Shown: piece by piece, positions 11,901-25,900 of the stretch
Layout: the number at the start of each line of letters is the position of its first letter
Position numbering within the stretch: the stretch's first letter is position 1
Assembly (NCBI GenBank): GCA_032718475.1
Contig: JAUCBJ010001905.1
Coordinates: 1-50,704 of the forward strand
Origin: Nemertoderma westbladi
Lineage: Eukaryota; Animalia; Xenacoelomorpha
Length of the DNA: 50,704 bases
Reading direction: 5' to 3'
Made by a program: the position numbers and the translations under genes
The notes under the pieces: model-generated
Database searches by the model: none
What the model was told of the DNA's origin: nothing
Seen by the model: only the letters and a program-made list of their open reading frames with translations

Positions 11901-14900
11901 AGGAGGTACGCCATTAACACTATAGAGTTTATGGAGGGATGGGAGGTACACCATCAACACTACAGAGTTTACGGAGGGATAGGAGGTACACCATAAACAC
12001 TACAGAGTTTACGGAGGGATAGGAGGTACTCCATCAACACTACAGAGTTTATGGAGGGATGGGAGGTACACCATCAACACTACAGAGTTTACGGAGGGAT
12101 AGGAGGTACACCATCAACACTACAGAGTTTACGGAGGGATAGGAGGTACACCATCAACACTACAGAGTTTACGGAGGGATAGGAGGTACGCCATTAACAC
12201 CACAGAGTTTACGGAGGGATAGGGGGTACACCATCAACACTACAGAGTTTACGGAGGAACGCCATCAACACTACAGAGTTTACGGAGGGATAGGAGGTAC
12301 ACCATCAACACTACAGAGTTTACAGAGGGATAGGAGGTACACCATCAACACTACAGAGTTTACGGAGGGATAGGAGGTACACCATCATCACTACAGAGTT
12401 TACGGAGGGATAGGAGGTACACCATTAACACCACAGAGTTTACGGAGGGTTCGGAGGTACACCATCAACACTACAGAGTTTACGGAGGGATAGGAGGTAC
12501 ACCATCAACACTGTAGAGTTTACGGAGGGATAGGAGGTACGCCATTAACACTACAGAGTTTACGGAGGGATAGGAGGTACACCATCAACACTACAGAGTT
12601 TACTGAGGGATAGGAGGTACGCCATCAACACTACAGATTTTACGGAGGGATAGGAGGTACACCATCAACACTACAGAGTTTACGGAGGTACACCATCAAC
12701 ACTACAGAGTTTACGGAAGGATAGGAGGCACGCCATCAACACTACAGAGTTTATGGAGGGATAGGAGGTACACCCTCAACACTACAGATTTTACGGAGGG
12801 ATAGGAGGTACACCATCAACACTACAGAGTTTACGGAGGTACGCCATCAACACTACAGAGTTTACGGAGGGATAGGGGGTACACCATCAACACTACAGAG
12901 TTTACGGAGGAACGCCATCAACACTACAGAGTTTACGGAGGGATAGGAGGTACACCATCAACACTACAGAGTTTACAGAGGGATAGGAGGTACACCATCA
13001 ACACTACAGAGTTTACGGAGGGATAGGAGGTACACCATCATCACTACAGAGTTTACGGAGGGATAGGAGGTACACCATTAACACCACAGAGTTTACGGAG
13101 GGTTCGGAGGTACACCATCAACACTACAGAGTTTACGGAGGGATAGGAGGTACACCATCAACACTGTAGAGTTTACGGAGGGATAGGAGGTACGCCATTA
13201 ACACTACAGAGTTTACGGAGGGATAGGAGGTACACCATCAACACTACAGAGTTTACTGAGGGATAGGAGGTACGCCATCAACACTACAGAGTTTACGGAG
13301 GGATAGGAGGTACACCATCAACACTACAGAGTTTACGGAGGTACACCATCAACACTACAGAGTTTACGGAAGGATAGGAGGCACGCCATCAACACTACAG
13401 AGTTTATGGAGGGATAGGAGGTACACCCTCAACACTACAGATTTTACGGAGGGATAGGAGGTACACCATCAACACTACAGAGTTTACGGAGGTACGCCAT
13501 CAACACTAGAGAGTTGACGGAGGGATAGGAGGTACACCCTAAACACTACAGAGTTTACGGAGGGACAGGAGGTACACCATCAACACTACAGAGTTTACGG
13601 AGGTACGCCATCAACACTAGAGAGTTCACGGAGGGATAGGAGGTACACCCTCAACACTACAGAGTTTACGGAGGTACACCATCAACACTACAGAGTTTAC
13701 AGAGGGGTAGGAGATACGTCATCAACACTACAGAGTTTTCGGAGGGATAGGAGGTACACCATCAACACTACAGAGTTTACGGAGGGATAGGAGGTACACC
13801 ATCAACACTACAGAGTTAACGGAAGGATAGGAGGTACACCATCAACACTACAGAGTTTACGGAGGGATAGGAGGTACACCATCAACACTACAGAGTTAAC
13901 GGAAGGATAGGAGGTACACCATCAACACTACAGAGTTTACGGAGGGATAGGAGGTAGACCATCAACACTACAGAGTTTATGGAGGGATAGGAGGTACACC
14001 ATCAACACTACAGAGTTTACGGAGGGATAGGAGGTACACCATCAACACTACAGAGTTAACGGAAGGATAGGAGGTACACCATCAACACTACAGAGTTTAC
14101 GGAGGGATAGGAGGTAGACCATCAACACTACAGAGTTTACGGAGGGATAGGAGGTACACCATCAACACTACAGAGTTTACGGAGGGATAGAAGGTACACC
14201 ATTAACACCACAGAGTTTACGGAGGGATAGGAGGTACGCCATAACACTACAGAGTTTATGGAGGGATAGGAGGTACGCCATCAACACTACAGAGTTTACG
14301 GAGGGATAGGAGGTAGACCATCAACACTACAGAGTTTACGGAGGGATAGGAGGTAGACCATCAACACTACAGAGTTTACGGAGGGATAGGAGGTAGACCA
14401 TTAACACCACAGAGTTTACGGAGGGATAGGAGGTACACCATCAACACTATAGAGTTTACGGAGGGATAGGAGGTACGCCATTAACACTAAAGAGTTTACG
14501 GAGGAATAGGAGGTACACCATCAACACTACAGAATTTACTGAGGGATAGGAGGTACGCCATCAACACTACAGAGTTTATGGAGGGATAGGAGGTACGCCA
14601 TCAACACTACAGAGTTTACGGAGGGATAGGAGGTACGCCATTAACACTACAGAGTTTACGGAGGGATAGGAGGTACACCATCAACACTACAGAGGTTACG
14701 GAGGGATAGGAGGTACACCATCAACACTACAGAGTTTACGGAGGGATAGGAGGTACACCATCAACACTACAGAGTTTACGGAGGGATAGGAGGTAGACCA
14801 TCAACACTACAGAGTTTACGGAGGGATAGGAGGTACACCATCAACACTACAGAGTTTACGGAGGTACGCCATCAACACTAGAGAGTTGACGGAGGGATAG

Positions 14901-17900
14901 GAGGTACACCCTAAACACTACAGAGTTTACGGAGGGACAGGAGGTACACCATCAACACTACAGAGTTTACGGAGGTACGCCATCAACACTAGAGAGTTCA
15001 CGGAGGGATAGGAGGTACACCCTCAACACTACAGAGTTTACGGAGGTACACCATCAACACTACAGAGTTTACAGAGGGGTAGGAGATACGTCATCAACAC
15101 TACAGAGTTTTCGGAGGGATAGGAGGTACACCATCAACACTACAGAGTTTACGGAGGGATAGGAGGTACACCATCAACACTACAGAGTTAACGGAAGGAT
15201 AGGAGGTACACCATCAACACTACAGAGTTTACGGAGGGATAGGAGGTACACCATCAACACTACAGAGTTAACGGAAGGATAGGAGGTACACCATCAACAC
15301 TACAGAGTTTACGGAGGGATAGGAGGTAGACCATCAACACTACAGAGTTTATGGAGGGATAGGAGGTACACCATCAACACTACAGAGTTTACGGAGGGAT
15401 AGGAGGTACACCATCAACACTACAGAGTTAACGGAAGGATAGGAGGTACACCATCAACACTACAGAGTTTACGGAGGGATAGGAGGTAGACCATCAACAC
15501 TACAGAGTTTACGGAGGGATAGGAGGTACACCATCAACACTACAGAGTTTACGGAGGGATAGAAGGTACACCATTAACACCACAGAGTTTACGGAGGGAT
15601 AGGAGGTACGCCATAACACTACAGAGTTTATGGAGGGATAGGAGGTACGCCATCAACACTACAGAGTTTACGGAGGGATAGGAGGTAGACCATCAACACT
15701 ACAGAGTTTACGGAGGGATAGGAGGTAGACCATCAACACTACAGAGTTTACGGAGGGATAGGAGGTAGACCATTAACACCACAGAGTTTACGGAGGGATA
15801 GGAGGTACACCATCAACACTATAGAGTTTACGGAGGGATAGGAGGTACGCCATTAACACTAAAGAGTTTACGGAGGAATAGGAGGTACACCATCAACACT
15901 ACAGAATTTACTGAGGGATAGGAGGTACGCCATCAACACTACAGAGTTTATGGAGGGATAGGAGGTACGCCATCAACACTACAGAGTTTACGGAGGGATA
16001 GGAGGTACGCCATTAACACTACAGAGTTTACGGAGGGATAGGAGGTACACCATCAACACTACAGAGGTTACGGAGGGATAGGAGGTACACCATCAACACT
16101 ACAGAGTTTACGGAGGGATAGGAGGTACACCATCAACACTACAGAGTTTACGGAGGGATAGGAGGTAGACCATCAACACTACAGAGTTTACGGAGGGATA
16201 GGAGGTAGACCATCAACACTACAGAGTTTACGGAGGGATAGCAGGTAGACCATTAACACCAAAGAGTTTACGGAGGGATAGGAGGTACACCATCAACACT
16301 ATAGAGTTTACGGAGGGATAGGAGGTACGCCATTAACACTAAAGAGTTTACGGAGGAATAGGAGGTACACCATCAACACTACAGAATTTACTGAGGGATA
16401 GGAGGTACGCCATCAACACTACAGAGTTTATGGAGGGATAGGAGGTACGCCATCAACACTACAGAGTTTACGGAGGGATAGGAGGTACACCATCAACACT
16501 ACAGAGTTTACGGAGGTACACCATCAACACTACAGAGTATACGGAGGGATAGGAGGTACGCCATCAACACTACAGAGTTTACGGAGGGATAGGAGGTACA
16601 CCATCAACACTACAGAGTTTACGGAGGTACACCATCAATACTACAGAGTTTACGGAGGGATAGGAGGTACGCCATCAACACTACAGAGTTTACGGAGGGA
16701 TAGGAGGTACGCCATCAACACTACAGAGTTTACTGAGGGATAGGAGGTACACCATCAACACTACAGAGTTTATGGAGGGATAGGAGGTACACCATCAACA
16801 CTACAGAGTTTACGGAGGGATAGGAGGCACGCCATCAACACTACAGAGTTTATGGAGGGATAGGAGGTACGCCATCAACACTACAGAGTTTACGGAGGGA
16901 TAGGAGGTACACCATCAACACTACAGAGTTTACGGAGGGATAGGAGGTACACGATCAACACTACAGAGTTTATGGAGGGATAGGAGGTACGCCATTAACA
17001 CTACAGAGTTTACGGAGGGATAGGAGGTCCACCATCAACACTACAGAGTTAACGGAAGGATAGGAGGTACACCATCAACACTACAGAGTTTACGGAGGTA
17101 CGCCATTAACACTACAGAGTTTACGGAGGGATAGGAGGTACACCATCAACACTACAGAGTTTACGGAGGTATACCATTAACACTACAGAGTTTACGGAGG
17201 GATAGGAGGTACACCATCAACACTACTGAGTTTATGGAGGTACGCCATTAACACTACAGAGTTTACGGAGGGATAGGAGGAATAACCATCAACACTACAG
17301 AGTTTACGGAGGGATAGGAGGAATAACCATCAACACTATAGAGTTTACGGAGGGATAGGAGGTACACCATCAACACTACAGATATTACGGAGGGATAGGA
17401 GATACGTCATCAACATTACAGAGTTTACGGAGGTACGCCAACAACACTACAGAGTTTACGGAGGTACGCCATCAACACTACAGGGTTTACTGAGGGATAA
17501 GAGATACGTCATCAACACTACAGAGTTTACGGAGGTACGCCATCAACACTACAGAGTTTACGGAAGTACGCCATCAACACTACAGAGTTTACAGAGGTAC
17601 GCCATCAACACTACAGAGTTTACGGAGGGATAGGAGGTCCACCATCAACACTACAGAGTTTACTGAGGGATAAGAGATACGTCATCAACACTACAGAGTT
17701 TACGGAGGTACGCCATCAACACTACAGAGTTTACGGAAGTACGCCATCAACACTACAGAGTTTACAGAGGTACGCCATCAACACTACAGAGTTTACGGAG
17801 GGATAGGAGGTCCACCATCAACACTACATAGTTTATGGAGGGATAGGAGGTACGCCATCAACACTACAGAGTTTACAGAGGGATAGGAGATACGTCATCA

Positions 17901-20900
17901 ATACTACAGAGTTTACGGAGGGATAGGAGATATGTCATCAACACTACAGAGTTTACGGAGGTACGCCATCAACACTAGAGAGTTTACGGAGGGATAGGAG
18001 GAATAACCATCAACACTACAGAGTTTACGGAGGGATAGGAGGAATAACCATCAACACTATAGAGTTTACGGAGGGATAGGAGGTACACCATCAACACTAC
18101 AGAGATTACGGAGGGATAGGAGGTACACCATCAAACTACAGAGTTTACGGAGGGATAGGAGATACGTCTTCAACACTACAGAGTTTACGGAGGGATAGGA
18201 GATACGTCATCAACACTACAGAGTTTACGGAGGTACGCCATCAACACTACAGAGTTTACGGAGGTACGCCATCAACACTACAGAGTTTATGGAGGGGTAG
18301 GAGGTCCACCATCAACACTACAGAGTTTACTGAGGGATAAGAGATACGTCATCAACACTACAGAGTTTACGGAGGTACGCCATCAACACTACAGAGTTTA
18401 CGGAAGTACGCCACCAACACTACAGAGTTTACAGAGGTACGCCATCAACACTACAGAGTTTACGGAGGGATAGGAGGTCCACCATCAACACTACAGAGTT
18501 TACTGAGGGATAAGAGATACGTCATCAATACGACAGAGTTTACAGAGGGATAGAAGGTACACCATCAACACTACAGAGTTTACGGAGGGATAGGAGGTAC
18601 GCCATCAACACTACAGAGTTTACGGAGGGATATGAGGTACACCATCAACACTACAGAGTTTACGGAGGGATAGGAGATATGTCATCAACACTACAGAGTT
18701 TACGGAGGTACGCCATCAACACTAGAGAGTTCACGAGGGATAGGAGGTACACCCTCAACACTACAGAGTTTATGGAGGTACACCATCAACACTACAGAGT
18801 TTACAGAGGGGTAGGAAAAACGTCATCAACACTACAGAGTTTTCGGAGGGATAGGAGGTACACCATCAACACTACAGAGTTTACGGAGGGATAGGAGGTA
18901 CGCCATTAACACTACAGAGTTTACGGTGGGATAGGAGGTACACCATCAACACTACAGAGTTTACGGAGGGATAGGAGGTACGCCATTAACACTACAGAGT
19001 TTACGGAGGGATAGGAGGTACACCATCAACACTACAGAGTTTACGGAGGGATAGGAGGTACACCATCAACATTACAGAGTTTACGGAGGGATAGGAGGTA
19101 CACCATCAACACTACAGAGTTTACGGAGGGATATGAGGTACACCATCAACACTACAGAGTTTACGGAGGGATAGGAGGTACACCATTAACACCACAGAGT
19201 TTACGGAGGGATAGGAAGTACACCATCAACACTACAGAGTTTACGGAGGGATAGGAGGTATGCCATTAACACTACAGAGTTTACGGAGGGATATGAGGTA
19301 CACCATCAACACTACAGAGTTTACTGAGGGATAGGAGGTACGCCATCAACACTACAGAGTTTACGGAGGGAGAGGAGGTACACCATCAACACTATAGAGT
19401 TTATGGAGGGATAGGAGGTACGTCATTAACACTACAGAGTTTACGGAGGGATAGGAGGTACACCATTAACACTACAGAGTTTACGGAGGGATAGGAGGTA
19501 CACCATCAACACTAGAGTTAACGGAAGGATAGGAGGTACACCATCAACACTTCAGAGTTTACGGAGGTACGCCATTAACACTACAGAGTTTACGGAGGGA
19601 TAGGAGGTACACCATCAACACTACAGAGTTTACGGAGGTACGCCATTAACACTACAGAGTTTACGGAAGGATAGGAGGTACACCATCAACACTACTGAGT
19701 TTATGGAGGTACGCCATTAACACTACAGTGTTTACAGAGGGATAGGGGGAATAACAATCAACACTACAGAATTTACGGAGGGATAGGAGGAATAACCATC
19801 AACACTATAGAGTTTACGGAGGGATAGGAGGTACACCATCAACACTACAGAGATTACGGAGGGATAGGAGGTACACCATCAACACTACAGAGTTTACGGA
19901 GGTATGTCATTAACACTACAGAGTTTACGGAGGGATAGGAGGTACACCATCAACACTACAGAGTTTACTGAGGGATAGGAGGTACACCATCAACACTACA
20001 GAGTTTACGGAGGGATAGGAGGTACACCATCAAACTACAGAGTTTATGGAGGGATAGGAGATACGTCATCAACACTACAGAGTTACGCCATCAACACTAC
20101 AGAGTTTACGGAGGTACGCCATCAACACTACAGAGTTTACGGAGGTACGCCATCAACACTACAGAGTTTACGGAGGGATAGGAGGTCCACCATCAACACT
20201 ACAGAGTTTACTGAGGGATAAGAGATACGTCATCAACACGACAGAGTTTACGGAGGGATAGAAGGTACACCATCAACACTACCGAGTTTACGGAGGGATA
20301 GGATGTACACCATCAAACTACAGAGTTTACGGAGGGATAGGAGATACGTCATCAACACTACAGAGTTTACGGAGTTACGCCATCAACACTACAGAGTTTA
20401 CGGAGGTACGCCATCAACACTACAGAGTTTACGGAGGTACGCCATCAACACTACAGAGTTTACGGAGGGATAGGAGGTCCACCATCAACACTACAGAGTT
20501 TACAGAGGGATAGGAGATACGTCATCAACACTACAGAGTTTACGGAGGTACGCCATCAACACTACAGAGTTTACGGAGGGATAGGAGGTACACCATCAAC
20601 ACTACAGAGTTTACGGAGGGATAGGAGGTACACCATCAACACTACAGAGTTTACGGAGGGATAGGAGGTACACCATCAAACTACAGAGTTTACGGAGGGA
20701 TAGGAGATACGTCATCATCACTACAGAGTTTACGGAGTTACGCCATCAACACTACAGAGTTTACGGAGGTACGCCATCAACACTACAGAGTTTACGGAGG
20801 TACGCCATCAACACTACAGAGTTTACAGAGGGATAGGAGGTCCACCATCAACACTACAGAGTTTACGGAGGGATAGGAGATACGTCATCAACACTACAGA

Positions 20901-21650
20901 GTTTACGGAGGTATGCCATCAACACTACAGAGTTTACGGAGGGATAGGAGGTACACCATCAACACTACAGAGTTTACTGAGGGATAGGAGATACGTCTTC
21001 AACACTACAGAGTTTACGGAGGGATATGAGGTACACCATCAACACTACAGAGTTTACGGAGGTACACCATCAACACTACAGAGTTTACGGAGGGATAGGA
21101 GGTATTCCATCAACACAACAGAGTTTTCGGAGGGATAGGAGGTACACCATCAACACTACAGAGTTTACGGAGGGATAGGAGGTATTCCATCAACACAACA
21201 GAGTTTTCGGAGGGATAGGAGGTACACCATCAACACTACAGAGTTTACGGAGGGATAGGATGTACACCATCAAACTACAGAGTTTACGGAGGGATATGAT
21301 ATACGTCATCAACACTACAGAGTTTACGGAGGTACGCCATCAACACTACAGAGTTTACGGAGGTACGCCATCAACACTACAGAGTTTACGGAGGGATAGG
21401 AGGTACGCCATCAACACTACAGAGTTTACGGAGGGATAGGAGGTACACCATCAACACTACAGAGTTTACGGAGGGATAGGAGGTACACCATCAACACTAC
21501 AGAGTTTACGGAGGTATACCATTAACACTACAGAGTTTACGGAGGGATAGGAGGTACACCATCAACACTACTGAGTTTATGGAGGTACGCCATTAACACT
21601 ACAGAGTTTACGGAGGGATAGGAGGAATAACCATCAACACTACAGAGTTT

Positions 21651-22230
21651 TATTTATTATTATTTTTTATTTTTTTTTATATACTGGATACTCTTGTGCA
21701 AAATTTAAAATTTAACTTCCTGACCTATATAAGACTTCACAAAAATTGCCGCCCGTAACATCCTAACTATTTTTACTTCAAATTGTATAAAATAAATTAT
21801 CAATAACTTTTCTCTGAATCTACTCTGTTTTGGTCAATTAATTAAACATCATTCCTATTTAAATAAAATCGCCATCATCCACTCTTTCAATTTCAAATTT
21901 TAGTCTCAACCAAGTAGGTATCGGTCAATAGTATCACAATAAATTTAGTTAATGGTTCTATAAATATTTCATTTTTTGGGCCGGAGAGTATTTAAGGATA
22001 TAAAAAAATGTGTCATAATATAAATACCCAAGGTAGTAAAATAATATTTCATGTCTGATACTTAGCTTAACACCTGGCTGATTGCGTCCACTAGCTCCAG
22101 GCTATTAGCAGTCAGCCAGCTTCAGTCATCATTTATAAGTATTGATTTAATTATGAAAGTGTATTGCAATTTCTTATTGTTTGATTGGAGAAATAAATAT
22201 AATGATAATGATAATGATAATGATAATGAT
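21651..22230 (+). mobile_element. 580-bp insert, copy 1: L2/CR1-like LINE (or LINE-tailed SINE) 3' end
   Basis: Unique AT-rich sequence between satellite GAGTTT and ACGG; 12-bp stem-loop at 22074-22119, AATAAA at 22192, (ATAATG)5 tail. Confidence 0.7.
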
Positions 22231-25200
22231 ACGGAGGGATAGGAGGAATAACCATCAACACTATAGAGTTTACGGAGGGATAGGAGGTACACCATCAACA
22301 CTACAGATATTACGGAGGGATAGGAGATACGTCATCAACATTACAGAGTTTACGGAGGTACGCCAACAACACTACAGAGTTTACGGAGGTACGCCATCAA
22401 CACTACAGGGTTTACTGAGGGATAAGAGATACGTCATCAACACTACAGAGTTTACGGAGGTACGCCATCAACACTACAGAGTTTACGGAAGTACGCCATC
22501 AACACTACAGAGTTTACAGAGGTACGCCATCAACACTACAGAGTTTACGGAGGGATAGGAGGTACGCCATTAACACTACAGAGTTTACGGTGGGATAGGA
22601 GGTACACCATCAACACTACAGAGTTTACGGAGGGATAGGAGGTACGCCATTAACACTACAGAGTTTACGGAGGGATAGGAGGTACACCATCAACACTACA
22701 GAGTTTACGGAGGGATAGGAGGTACACCATCAACATTACAGAGTTTACGGAGGGATAGGAGGTACACCATCAACACTACAGAGTTTACGGAGGGATATGA
22801 GGTACACCATCAACACTACAGAGTTTACGGAGGGATAGGAGGTACACCATTAACACCACAGAGTTTACGGAGGGATAGGAGGTACACCATCAACACTACA
22901 GAGTTTACGGAGGGATAGGAGGTATGCCATTAACACTACAGAGTTTACGGAGGGATATGAGGTACACCATCAACACTACAGAGTTTACTGAGGGATAGGA
23001 GGTACGCCATCAACACTACAGAGTTTACGGAGGGAGAGGAGGTACACCATCAACACTATAGAGTTTATGGAGGGATAGGAGGTACGTCATTAACACTACA
23101 GAGTTTACGGAGGGATAGGAGGTACACCATTAACACTACAGAGTTTACGGAGGGATAGGAGGTACACCATCAACACTAGAGTTAACGGAAGGATAGGAGG
23201 TACACCATCAACACTTCAGAGTTTACGGAGGTACGCCATTAACACTACAGAGTTTACGGAGGGATAGGAGGTACACCATCAACACTACAGAGTTTACGGA
23301 GGTACGCCATTAACACTACAGAGTTTACGGAAGGATAGGAGGTACACCATCAACACTACTGAGTTTATGGAGGTACGCCATTAACACTACAGTGTTTACA
23401 GAGGGATAGGGGGAATAACAATCAACACTACAGAGTTTACGGAGGGATAGGAGGAATAACCATCAACACTATAGAGTTTACGGAGGGATAGGAGGTACAC
23501 CATCAACACTACAGAGATTACGGAGGGATAGGAGGTACACCATCAACACTACAGAGTTTACGGAGGTATGTCATTAACACTACAGAGTTTACGGAGGGAT
23601 AGGAGGTACACCATCAACACTACAGAGTTTACTGAGGGATAGGAGGTACACCATCAACACTACAGAGTTTACGGAGGGATAGGAGGTACACCATCAAACT
23701 ACAGAGTTTATGGAGGGATAGGAGATACGTCATCAACACTACAGAGTTACGCCATCAACACTACAGAGTTTACGGAGGTACGCCATCAACACTACAGAGT
23801 TTACGGAGGTACGCCATCAACACTACAGAGTTTACGGAGGGATAGGAGGTCCACCATCAACACTACAGAGTTTACTGAGGGATAAGAGATACGTCATCAA
23901 CACGACAGAGTTTACGGAGGGATAGAAGGTACACCATCAACACTACCGAGTTTACGGAGGGATAGGATGTACACCATCAAACTACAGAGTTTACGGAGGG
24001 ATAGGAGATACGTCATCAACACTACAGAGTTTACGGAGTTACGCCATCAACACTACAGAGTTTACGGAGGTACGCCATCAACACTACAGAGTTTACGGAG
24101 GTACGCCATCAACACTACAGAGTTTACGGAGGGATAGGAGGTCCACCATCAACACTACAGAGTTTACAGAGGGATAGGAGATACGTCATCAACACTACAG
24201 AGTTTACGGAGGTACGCCATCAACACTACAGAGTTTACGGAGGGATAGGAGGTACACCATCAACACTACAGAGTTTACGGAGGGATAGGAGGTACACCAT
24301 CAACACTACAGAGTTTACGGAGGGATAGGAGGTACACCATCAAACTACAGAGTTTACGGAGGGATAGGAGATACGTCATCATCACTACAGAGTTTACGGA
24401 GTTACGCCATCAACACTACAGAGTTTACGGAGGTACGCCATCAACACTACAGAGTTTACGGAGGTACGCCATCAACACTACAGAGTTTACAGAGGGATAG
24501 GAGGTCCACCATCAACACTACAGAGTTTACGGAGGGATAGGAGATACGTCATCAACACTACAGAGTTTACGGAGGTATGCCATCAACACTACAGAGTTTA
24601 CGGAGGGATAGGAGGTACACCATCAACACTACAGAGTTTACTGAGGGATAGGAGATACGTCTTCAACACTACAGAGTTTACGGAGGGATATGAGGTACAC
24701 CATCAACACTACAGAGTTTACGGAGGTACACCATCAACACTACAGAGTTTACGGAGGGATAGGAGGTATTCCATCAACACAACAGAGTTTTCGGAGGGAT
24801 AGGAGGTACACCATCAACACTACAGAGTTTACGGAGGGATAGGAGGTATTCCATCAACACAACAGAGTTTTCGGAGGGATAGGAGGTACACCATCAACAC
24901 TACAGAGTTTACGGAGGGATAGGATGTACACCATCAAACTACAGAGTTTACGGAGGGATATGATATACGTCATCAACACTACAGAGTTTACGGAGGTACG
25001 CCATCAACACTACAGAGTTTACGGAGGTACGCCATCAACACTACAGAGTTTACGGAGGGATAGGAGGTACGCCATCAACACTACAGAGTTTACGGAGGGA
25101 TAGGAGGTACACCATCAACACTACAGAGTTTACGGAGGGATAGGAGGTACACCATCAACACTACAGAGTTTACGGAGGTATACCATTAACACTACAGAGT

Positions 25201-25314
25201 TTACGGAGGGATAGGAGGTACACCATCAACACTACTGAGTTTATGGAGGTACGCCATTAACACTACAGAGTTTACGGAGGGATAGGAGGAATAACCATCA
25301 ACACTACAGAGTTT

Positions 25315-25900
25315 TATTTATTATTATTTTTTATTTTTTTTTATATACTGGATACTCTTGTGCAAAATTTAAAATTTAACTTCCTGACCTATATAAGACT
25401 TCACAAAAATTGCCGCCCGTAACATCCTAACTATTTTTACTTCAAATTGTATAAAATAAATTATCAATAACTTTTCTCTGAATCTACTCTGTTTTGGTCA
25501 ATTAATTAAACATCATTCCTATTTAAATAAAATCGCCATCATCCACTCTTTCAATTTCAAATTTTAGTCTCAACCAAGTAGGTATCGGTCAATAGTATCA
25601 CAATAAATTTAGTTAATGGTTCTATAAATATTTCATTTTTTGGGCCGGAGAGTATTTAAGGATATAAAAAAATGTGTCATAATATAAATACCCAAGGTAG
25701 TAAAATAATATTTCATGTCTGATACTTAGCTTAACACCTGGCTGATTGCGTCCACTAGCTCCAGGCTATTAGCAGTCAGCCAGCTTCAGTCATCATTTAT
25801 AAGTATTGATTTAATTATGAAAGTGTATTGCAATTTCTTATTGTTTGATTGGAGAAATAAATATAATGATAATGATAATGATAATGATAATGATAATGAT
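25315..25900 (+). mobile_element. Insert copy 2 (586 bp)
   Basis: Same sequence and junctions as copy 1; tail is (ATAATG)6. Confidence 0.7.

Noticed and set aside
21720-21900. Mitochondrial 12S rRNA NUMT (GCCGCCCGTAAC and CGCCATCATC resemble 12S motifs)
   Set aside because: The matches are short and in the reverse order from 12S, with no other conserved rRNA motifs.
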